A stretch of DNA of 64,000 nt from a virus. The stretch is from IMG/VR virus record IMGVR_UViG_3300042465_006773; one strand, written 5' to 3'. Positions 1-7,011 of the stretch are shown piece by piece. Below the pieces are notes generated by a model that ran no database searches, was not told the origin of the DNA, and was given only the letters and a program-made list of their open reading frames with translations. Made by a program: the position numbers and the translations under genes. The first letter of the stretch is position 1; the number at the start of each line of letters is the position of its first letter.

Positions 1-407
1 TATCTAACCTTATATCCCATACCTTGAACCAAACCAACAGCCTGTCTTAATACCTTGTTTGACCTAAACTTTGGGTCTGGGTTTAAATCGATATCAATCC
101 ACGTTACTTTAGGTAAATCGTTATTTCTTAAAAACTCAGCAACTTCTATGGCTTTCCAAACTTCATTAATTAATCTAACTGACATCTCTTTTTCAAATGG
201 TGTGGTTTCTTTTGTGCACAAAATATGGGCACCTTTACCTTTCATGTATAAAGCGATAACAGTACCGTACACCGTTTTAAAATTACCAAATGATTGAGAA
301 TCTGACCCAATTAATATTTCGGTGTCAGGTTTTTCTAATAAAAAATTTCTTATATATTCTATTATATTATCTATCGGTATTCCGTGTAGTGTTTTAAAAT
401 TTTTCAT
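1..407 (-). CDS. RNase H-like YkuK/DUF458 family protein (runs off window edge)
   Basis: Not in the ORF track. Manual translation from ATG at 407: MKNFKTLHGIPIDNIIEYIRNFLLEKPDTEILIGSDSQ...RLINEVWKAIEVAEFL...IDIDLNPDPKFRSN...AVGLVQGMGY. The IGSDSQ, E and IDxN motifs fit YkuK. Confidence 0.8.
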   Translation of the reverse strand, partial: MKNFKTLHGIPIDNIIEYIRNFLLEKPDTEILIGSDSQSFGNFKTVYGTVIALYMKGKGAHILCTKETTPFEKEMSVRLINEVWKAIEVAEFLRNNDLPKVTWIDIDLNPDPKFRSNKVLRQAVGLVQGMGYKVR

Positions 408-427
408 AACTTATAATATAAATATAG

Positions 428-499
428 TAGGCCCACCTAGACTCGAACTAGGAATAACAGATTAGAAATCTGTGGTTATATCCCTTTAACTATGGGCCC
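428..499 (-). tRNA. tRNA-Arg (anticodon TCT)
   Basis: Reverse complement folds as a cloverleaf: acceptor GGGCCCA/TGGGCCT, anticodon arm ACAGA-TTTCTAA-TCTGT, T-loop GTTCGAG. No encoded CCA. Confidence 0.9.
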
Positions 500-506
500 A
501 ACTTTG

Positions 507-591
507 TACCACCGACCGGACTCGAACCGGTACGGGAATTACTCCCAACAGAGTTTAAGTCTGTATCGGCTACCAATTACGACACGATGGC
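507..591 (-). tRNA. tRNA-Leu (anticodon TAA)
   Basis: Acceptor GCCATCG/CGGTGGT, anticodon arm ACAGA-CTTAAAC-TCTGT, long variable arm, GGTTCGAGTCC. No encoded CCA. Confidence 0.9.
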
Positions 592-635
592 ATTTTTTTA
601 TATAAAGATACACAAAAAACTAATGATTTCAAATA

Positions 636-878
636 TTAAATATAGTCTTCACACCATATCGGTGTTTTTTCTCCTACATATGAACCAGAAACATTAAATT
701 CAAAGTATTCAACGGCATCCATTTCACTCATACCTTGTTTTGTCAGTACATCAATACACTTACTAACAGAATAGATTAATCTCATTGTTTTTGTTTCGAT
801 ACCTATTATTGCATCGTCGAAACCGTCGGCCATTAAAATATCCTCATCAGGATAGATGTCTAAAATTTTTTGTATCAT
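636..878 (-). CDS. Small acidic hypothetical phage protein inside the tRNA cluster
   Basis: 80-aa ORF with ADGFDDAIIG and EYFEFNVSGSYVGEKTP, a pattern I recognise from phage hypothetical proteins. Confidence 0.7.
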   Translation of the reverse strand: MIQKILDIYPDEDILMADGFDDAIIGIETKTMRLIYSVSKCIDVLTKQGMSEMDAVEYFEFNVSGSYVGEKTPIWCEDYI

Positions 879-897
879 TTTTTAAAAATATTTTTAG

Positions 898-971
898 TAC
901 TCCCGATGGGACTCGAACCCACAAGCTTCCCCGTGAAAGGGGGATGTCCTAACCAGTTAGACGACAGGAGC
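898..971 (-). tRNA. tRNA-Glu (anticodon TTC)
   Basis: Acceptor GCTCCTG/CGGGAGT, anticodon arm TCCCC-CTTTCAC-GGGGA, GGTTCGAGTCC. Confidence 0.9.
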
Positions 972-989
972 ATTGTTTCATAATTAATG

Positions 990-1062
990 TGACCCTGGGC
1001 AGGTTCGAACTGCCGACCCATACATTAAAAGTGTATTGCTCTACCAACTGAGCTACAGAGTC
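990..1062 (-). tRNA. tRNA-Lys (anticodon TTT)
   Basis: Acceptor GACTCTG/CAGGGTC, D-arm GCTCAGTTGGTAGAGC, anticodon arm ATACA-CTTTTAA-TGTAT, GTTCGAAC. Confidence 0.92.
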
Positions 1063-1071
1063 ATTAGGTGA

Positions 1072-1079
1072 CAAATATA
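1072..1079 (-). promoter_or_regulatory. Bacteroidota-type -7 promoter element (TATATTTG) for the tRNA cluster
   Basis: Matches TAnnTTTG, about 10 nt upstream of tRNA-Lys. The same octamer precedes genes at 9107-9114, 11063-11070, 13255-13262 and 27778-27785. Confidence 0.65.
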
Positions 1080-1154
1080 CATAATAAAAACTAAAAAACA
1101 AAAAAATGTCATATATAATTTTTTAAATATATATGAAAAATAAAATTGCCGGGA

Positions 1155-1161
1155 TATTTAT
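1155..1161 (+). promoter_or_regulatory. Putative phage late promoter (TATTTAT) upstream of the envelope operon
   Basis: Same heptamer that precedes the structural transcription units; lies about 45 nt before ATG 1205. Confidence 0.45.
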
Positions 1162-1204
1162 TGTTAACCAAACATGATAAATAAACCAAACATAAATTAT
1201 AACT

Positions 1205-1459
1205 ATGACTTTCAAAAATTGGATTGTAGACTTATTTAAAGACGAGAGAGGTTCTACTTCTATAAAACCCGTAATCGCATTTTTAGGTTCAACTTTTCTA
1301 TGTGGTACTATGTTAGCTAATTCATTTTCTCATGGTGATATTAAACCATCTGAGGATTTGGTAAACGCAGTAATGATTATAACCGCGATAGGAATGGGTG
1401 CCGATACTTTGGATAAGTTTTCACATAAAAGGAAATTTGAAGACAATGTATCTGAATAA
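1205..1459 (+). CDS. Small two-TM membrane protein (holin-like topology)
   Basis: Two hydrophobic segments (PVIAFLGSTFLCGTML; VNAVMIITAIGMGA) and a charged C-terminus. Confidence 0.7.
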   Translation: MTFKNWIVDLFKDERGSTSIKPVIAFLGSTFLCGTMLANSFSHGDIKPSEDLVNAVMIITAIGMGADTLDKFSHKRKFEDNVSE

Positions 1460-1461
1460 AA

Positions 1462-1956
1462 ATGAAAAAACCATATATACTTACCGTTTTATTTTTTCTT
1501 TTATTGGGGTTAAATAATCTTAACGCCCAAAGTCTTGTTGTTGATACGGTAATCAACAACATAAAAATAGGTCCATTTACTGAAAATAAAAATTTGGCAT
1601 TTGGAGTTAAAAATATTGCTGAAGAAATTATAAACGAACAGGATAAATTTTATTTGGTTGGAGACAAATCAACGTCAGAATATAAAATAAAAATTGAACT
1701 AATATTTTTTGATATTATTAAGGTTAACTCCGGTATTAGTGTTTTCCATCAAGATAAAACAACGACGGTAATTAGAATGAAAGGGATTCTATACAAAGGA
1801 GATAAAAAAATAAAACAAGAATTTTCGGAAGGGAAATCGACAGAAATATCAACTTCAACAATCATTATTGATGAAGGTGGTAAATTTAATCAACAATCTG
1901 CCAGTTCAGCAATAAAAAAAACAACTCAAACACTATTAAATAATTTATTACTATGA
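1462..1956 (+). CDS. Secreted protein, short CsgG-like paralogue
   Basis: Signal peptide ending LNA|Q. Aligns by eye with 4775..5539: FGVKNIAEE/LGVANITLE, SEGKS/GLGEA, KFNQQSASSAIKK/KFNQSTIGISTKK. Confidence 0.65.
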   Translation: MKKPYILTVLFFLLLGLNNLNAQSLVVDTVINNIKIGPFTENKNLAFGVKNIAEEIINEQDKFYLVGDKSTSEYKIKIELIFFDIIKVNSGISVFHQDKTTTVIRMKGILYKGDKKIKQEFSEGKSTEISTSTIIIDEGGKFNQQSASSAIKKTTQTLLNNLLL

Positions 1957-3860
1957 AAAAACTAATTTTAACATTTGTGTTAATGATGATAACCTATGTA
2001 GGTTATTCACAGAGCGTAGGTAATTTTCAACAATTATCTACAATAAGAAGAAACGATACGTTAGATGTAATATTTCAATACATCCCCGACCCAACAAAAG
2101 ATGTAAGGTCGTTTCAAATCGATTTCCAATTTAAGAAGGATTTATTTACACACGTTTCAACAACTGTGGATAATAGTGTTAATACCATGACACCGGCAAT
2201 ATCATATAACGAATATGATAACTTTAAGTATGGTTCATATAGTCCAGCAACGGGTTTATATGGGTATGTTAATGACACAAATTGGACCGTCGCTAGAAAC
2301 TTTTTAGTATTATCAAGTGGTTCTCAAATTTCAGGAGCAATATACATCATTCACAATAAATTTTTAATTAACAATGTTCAATCCAATTTCGTGGAAGATA
2401 GTGTACACGTGAACTGGGTTAGATTGTTTAAAAAAGACGGTACAAGTATTGGTGATAACGTAGCGAATTTGACTTACAAGAGTATGAAGTTAGATTTGGG
2501 TGGTAACTTGGTTATAAGTGGTAATGTTGAACTTCCACCGACTATGAAATTAGATGGTAGAAGACCAATGGTTATATGTACTAAATTAAACACTGGTGAG
2601 TTTGTGTCTTCTTCTTTATGTGATACTTCAGGTAACTATAGTTTAAATAATGTTGATAGAAACACTAGATATAAATTACTTTTAAGATTCCCATCTGATA
2701 GTATGGAAACTTTCAGAGATTATGCGGTAACGATATCAGATGCCGTAAAAACATATGATGAATTTACAAGAACAGACGTTAATCAAACGTATTCAAGATT
2801 TTATTTGAAAAATGGTTTATCTTATTTGATTGCTGATTTAAATGGAAATGGTAATTTAGATGGTGGTGACCCGTATTTGATATACGCAAATGTTAGTGGT
2901 TTAAGAAAAATAGATACTACGAACATGATTAGAGTGTTTAAAGCATCTGATTATGATAACTTAGTTTTAGGTCAAAACCAATGGTCTATTTGGCCTAATT
3001 TTTTAAACACAACAAACTTTATCACGGATAGTGTTGGTAACGAAAATTTGGTTGTGAATATTAAATACTTTATACAAGGTGATGTTGATAGAACATTCTC
3101 TTCAAGAGTGTGGGATAGTAATGGTAATTTAGTTGCCAGAGCAATTTATAAAGGTAAATTAGATATTAACATACCAAACACATATTCTGTTGGTAATCCA
3201 TCGTTATATGTTCCATTTAACATAAACACAAATGGGGATAATAACTATGGACTACAATTTGAAATGAAGTATGACAGAACAAAAGTTAAATTTGAAGAAA
3301 TCGTGTCCAATTTTAATGGTGGCCCATGGTTACAATATGTGACACACGATGAACTATCAGGTACTGTTAGGTTTGGCGGAATGAATAATCAACAAAGAGA
3401 CGGTTTAATTGGTCAATCGACACCTTTTAAACTTAAATTTTCACCAATTGGTGGTGAGGATATCGTAACAAATATTCAAATTAGAGAATTGATGGATGCC
3501 TCGGACGAAAATGGTGACCACTTAAATATTGAGTTACAAAACCAAATCGCAGTTTTAAGTTATAGGTCAATTCCACAGACCCATCAAGTTGTTGAAGAAA
3601 TAACAGCATCGATAAGACCAAACCCAACAACAGGTTGGTTTGAATTAGAAGTTAAATTTCCAAATCAAAATATGTTTATGGACGCATCTATTTATGATAT
3701 CAGAGGTAAGTTGATTCAAAACGTAGGACAAGTTATAACAAATCCAATGGAAACGGTCGCATATAAACAAATTGATATGACATACGCTTCTAATGGAAAT
3801 TATTTTCTAATTCTGAATAATTATAATAAACAATTAACTAAACAATTTATAAAAGTATAA
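1953..3860 (+). CDS. T9SS cargo: cohesin-like / beta-sandwich / dockerin-like / cohesin-like / T9SS C-terminal sorting domain
   Basis: Signal peptide GYS|Q. Cohesin-like motifs VRSFQIDFQF and YGLQFEMKYD...GTVRFGG...FKLKF; Ca-loop ADLNGNGNLDGGD; C-terminus IRPNPTTG...SIYDIRGKLI...GNYFLIL...TKQFIKV typical of a type A T9SS CTD. Confidence 0.8.
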   Translation: MKKLILTFVLMMITYVGYSQSVGNFQQLSTIRRNDTLDVIFQYIPDPTKDVRSFQIDFQFKKDLFTHVSTTVDNSVNTMTPAISYNEYDNFKYGSYSPATGLYGYVNDTNWTVARNFLVLSSGSQISGAIYIIHNKFLINNVQSNFVEDSVHVNWVRLFKKDGTSIGDNVANLTYKSMKLDLGGNLVISGNVELPPTMKLDGRRPMVICTKLNTGEFVSSSLCDTSGNYSLNNVDRNTRYKLLLRFPSDSMETFRDYAVTISDAVKTYDEFTRTDVNQTYSRFYLKNGLSYLIADLNGNGNLDGGDPYLIYANVSGLRKIDTTNMIRVFKASDYDNLVLGQNQWSIWPNFLNTTNFITDSVGNENLVVNIKYFIQGDVDRTFSSRVWDSNGNLVARAIYKGKLDINIPNTYSVGNPSLYVPFNINTNGDNNYGLQFEMKYDRTKVKFEEIVSNFNGGPWLQYVTHDELSGTVRFGGMNNQQRDGLIGQSTPFKLKFSPIGGEDIVTNIQIRELMDASDENGDHLNIELQNQIAVLSYRSIPQTHQVVEEITASIRPNPTTGWFELEVKFPNQNMFMDASIYDIRGKLIQNVGQVITNPMETVAYKQIDMTYASNGNYFLILNNYNKQLTKQFIKV

Positions 3861-3864
3861 AATC

Positions 3865-4212
3865 ATGAGTGAAGAAACAGAAAACGACGGCTCTTGGGGT
3901 GGTTTGAAAAAAACCATCGTAGGTACATTAGCAACCATTGTCACAGGTGGTGGTGTGTGGGTATCCACAACTCTATTTGGTGGTGGAGGGGACGATAAAG
4001 AAGAAACTAAAACAGAACAGGTTGCACCCGCACCAGTTATTAATCTTAATTTAGAAAATAATAACACTCAACAACAAAATAACTCGGGTGGTGGAACAAC
4101 TATCATAAAAGAAAGAGTTATTGAAAAGCAACCAGAAAATAACAATAAACCCGCACCTGCTCCGAAGAAAAAAGAAGGTGATGAATTTAAAGAAACCCCA
4201 CCAGCATGGTAA
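3865..4212 (+). CDS. Single-pass membrane protein with low-complexity N/Q/P tail
   Basis: Hydrophobic Gly-rich segment TIVGTLATIVTGGGVWV followed by a disordered-looking tail. Confidence 0.7.
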   Translation: MSEETENDGSWGGLKKTIVGTLATIVTGGGVWVSTTLFGGGGDDKEETKTEQVAPAPVINLNLENNNTQQQNNSGGGTTIIKERVIEKQPENNNKPAPAPKKKEGDEFKETPPAW

Positions 4213-4778
4213 ATGATAATTCTCAAAACACTGGATTTAGAGAACTTCTAAATTCAATGATGAAAAGAAGGTGGTTTATAACCGCCATAGTTCTTGGTGG
4301 GTTCATGTTAATTATGGGTGGAATATTTTTGGCCATATTTGAACAAAGTGCCATAAGTGGAGAATGGAAAGAACTTCTTCTTTTACTTCTTGGTGCTTTC
4401 ATTGGTTCCTACGGTAAAATCATTGACTATTGGTTCAGTGATACTGATAAGGATAAAATGTTAGTTCAAAAAATGGATGAAGAGGATGGTACTTCGTTAT
4501 CAAATACATCGGATATACCAGATTCACCAAAACCATCAACACCATCTAAACCCATTCTTGATTTAGAAAGTACTGAAACGAAATCAAATAATGAACAAAA
4601 AGTTGGTGTAGAAATCGATGAGGATGGTGATGGTATTATGGATGGTTTAGATTTCGATAATGACGGTATCATTGATGAATATTTCACACACAGACAATGT
4701 GAACACGTTTGGGGTGATTCAGACAATGACGGTGATTTAGAGTGTTTAAAATGTGGTAAAATAAAAGACGAAGAATGA
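4206..4778 (+). CDS. Two-TM membrane protein with Ca-binding DxDxDG repeats and a Cys/His cluster
   Basis: Two TM helices, then DEDGDG, DFDNDG, DSDNDG and CEH...CLKC. Confidence 0.75.
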   Translation: MVNDNSQNTGFRELLNSMMKRRWFITAIVLGGFMLIMGGIFLAIFEQSAISGEWKELLLLLLGAFIGSYGKIIDYWFSDTDKDKMLVQKMDEEDGTSLSNTSDIPDSPKPSTPSKPILDLESTETKSNNEQKVGVEIDEDGDGIMDGLDFDNDGIIDEYFTHRQCEHVWGDSDNDGDLECLKCGKIKDEE

Positions 4779-5539
4779 ATAACATAATCAAAATGAAAAA
4801 ATATTTACTACCAATTTTAGTATTTCTATTTTGGGTTATCATAATGACGATATTAATGTTTGATGTTGCATCTGCACAAGTTATTGGTAAAACACAAACA
4901 GAGCAATACAAAGCGTCATTTGAAACAAGTGTAAATATTGATTCATTAATGGATTATGAGGGACCACAAATTCCTATTCAAATTTTGAAAATAGGTATAA
5001 ATGATGAAGTTTATGAACAATACCCAGAATTAAAAGAAAAAAAAGTTGGTTTGGGTGTTGCAAATATCACATTGGAGTACTTGGAAAATCTAAATAGATT
5101 TACTTTTACCGAAGATAAAACCGAAATAAAAAACAGAATGGTTAAACAATTCCAAGCGTCTCAAGCTGGAATAAGTGCAGATACTTTAGATGGTAGGGGT
5201 AAAATTCGTTTAGCACACTATTTTGTTAGTATTGAAGTTTATGATTTTTCAATAAGTGAAGATGAGACTGTTAACTTGTCTGATGGCGTAAAAAATACTG
5301 TGGTTACAAGATTAGGTTTACAGGTTAGATTTACCGATGCAGAAACAGGCCAAATAATCGCTGCAAGTGGTTTGGGTGAAGCTAAAACGGTAAGAGAATT
5401 AAGTTTAATAAACGACGATAATTTAAGTGATGTTAAATTTAACCAATCAACTATTGGTATAAGCACTAAAAAAGCATTAGACATTGCATGTTGTAGAATA
5501 CTATTGAGAATGATAAAAAAGGGTGTTTTCCCTAATTAA
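4775..5539 (+). CDS. CsgG/HfaB-family protein (likely start MKKYLL, about 4793)
   Basis: Signal peptide ASA|Q. LGVANITLEYLENLNRF, VYDF, LGLQVRFTDAETGQIIAASGLGEA and a C-terminal helix fit the CsgG/HfaB family. Confidence 0.75.
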   Translation: MNNIIKMKKYLLPILVFLFWVIIMTILMFDVASAQVIGKTQTEQYKASFETSVNIDSLMDYEGPQIPIQILKIGINDEVYEQYPELKEKKVGLGVANITLEYLENLNRFTFTEDKTEIKNRMVKQFQASQAGISADTLDGRGKIRLAHYFVSIEVYDFSISEDETVNLSDGVKNTVVTRLGLQVRFTDAETGQIIAASGLGEAKTVRELSLINDDNLSDVKFNQSTIGISTKKALDIACCRILLRMIKKGVFPN

Positions 5540-5577
5540 CAAAGACAGATTCTAATATCTTCTTTTAAAGAAAATGA

Positions 5578-7011
5578 GTGATGATATTAAAAAATATTAT
5601 AAAAGTATCTTTAATAATATTACTTATAATATTTTCTAAAATATCAAATGCACAAGTAACCACTTATACATTTATAGACCCTTGTACAAAAGAAGTTAAC
5701 ATTTTTAGTGTACCATTACAAGGAGGTAAAACAACAATAATTTTTTTAAATAAAATAGGTTATTTTGATAGTGACGATTTGTTAAATGGAACATTTTCAA
5801 ATTGGATAAATCAAGTTTATGGTGAATATAGACAAATAAGTCCGTGTTCACAACAACAATCTCAAGTAACTCAAAATCAAATAACCAGTCAAATAATCGG
5901 AGGAGTTGTACAATCGGTAGTCGGTTCAATAATGTCATCCAATCAATCTTCAAATGGGTCAACAGAAAATAACAATGAGGACTCTGAAGAAAACAATAAT
6001 ACTCAAAGAAATGGAAACAATAATACTACGGGAAATAATGAAAACAACTCTTCAAATCAAGGAGGAGGACAATCTCAACCAAATCAAACAAATGGTGGGT
6101 CATCTGGAGGAACAAATAACGGTCAAGGAAATGGAACTACAGGCAATGGTGGAGCGAATGGAGGTACAACTGGTTCAACACAAGGAAGAAATCCGTCGAC
6201 TAAACCGACTGTAAACAATTCAAACAATTCTGAATCAAATGGTGAAGAAGTTGCCGCAACTACCACAATAAATTTAGATAGTAGAACCGAGAAAGGTGAT
6301 AATTCATCAAATGATGGTGGTGGTTCAGGAAGAAGAGGTGGGTCAAGAAGTGGTGGTTCAAACAGTAATCCAATTATAGTTTCCTCAGATTTAACATCGG
6401 CACAAAATTTAGATGGTAGGTTCACAGGGATAATAAACATCAGTACCAGTAGGTCGTCGATGACTGGTTTATCAAATTATGGTGTTACAAGTATGATTTG
6501 GTTAAATTTAAACCAATTCGCCATTTCCGCCAAATATAGTAAAATACATTTTGATAAAAGTCAAAAGTTAAAATTCGTCCATAATCTAAATTTAACAGGT
6601 GTTTATACATATGGTAATTACCTGGTATTTTTAGGGTATAGTGGTATCTTAAATGCAGGTAAATTCGGAGTAACCGGTTTAAATTTGAGTGCTGCCGCCT
6701 CAATAATCACTAAAGAAAAAACAGGTTATTACTCACCTTCTGCAACTTTTTTCTACACAAAACCATTTCAGGTTAACAAAAGATTTATGATGTCACCTGA
6801 AATATATGTAATGTCAACACCGTTAGTTTATTCAACAAAAGATAGAATAACAATTACAGACAGGTACGTGAGTGGTTTTATAGGTACGGGAATGGATTAT
6901 CAAATATCAAAAAGATTTAAAATAAACTTGAATTATAAGGCAAATATGAGTACTAAACCGAATTTTCCTATTTTGTCTTTTTTTCTAATTGGTAGTAAAG
7001 TTAATTTATGA
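5578..7011 (+). CDS. Outer-membrane beta-barrel protein with N/G/S/Q-rich low-complexity stalk
   Basis: Signal peptide SNA|Q, small N-domain with two Cys, about 140 aa of N/G/S/T/Q-rich sequence, then about 210 aa of alternating hydrophobic strands ending FFLIGSKVNL. Confidence 0.7.
   Translation: MMILKNIIKVSLIILLIIFSKISNAQVTTYTFIDPCTKEVNIFSVPLQGGKTTIIFLNKIGYFDSDDLLNGTFSNWINQVYGEYRQISPCSQQQSQVTQNQITSQIIGGVVQSVVGSIMSSNQSSNGSTENNNEDSEENNNTQRNGNNNTTGNNENNSSNQGGGQSQPNQTNGGSSGGTNNGQGNGTTGNGGANGGTTGSTQGRNPSTKPTVNNSNNSESNGEEVAATTTINLDSRTEKGDNSSNDGGGSGRRGGSRSGGSNSNPIIVSSDLTSAQNLDGRFTGIINISTSRSSMTGLSNYGVTSMIWLNLNQFAISAKYSKIHFDKSQKLKFVHNLNLTGVYTYGNYLVFLGYSGILNAGKFGVTGLNLSAAASIITKEKTGYYSPSATFFYTKPFQVNKRFMMSPEIYVMSTPLVYSTKDRITITDRYVSGFIGTGMDYQISKRFKINLNYKANMSTKPNFPILSFFLIGSKVNL

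Noticed and set aside
55-297. Plus-strand 80-aa ORF in the track
   Set aside because: Antisense shadow of the YkuK-like gene on the minus strand (407 to window start).
4775-7011. Canonical curli (csgBAC/DEFG) operon
   Set aside because: No curlin repeats or recognisable CsgE/F, and the CsgG-like proteins lack a lipobox.
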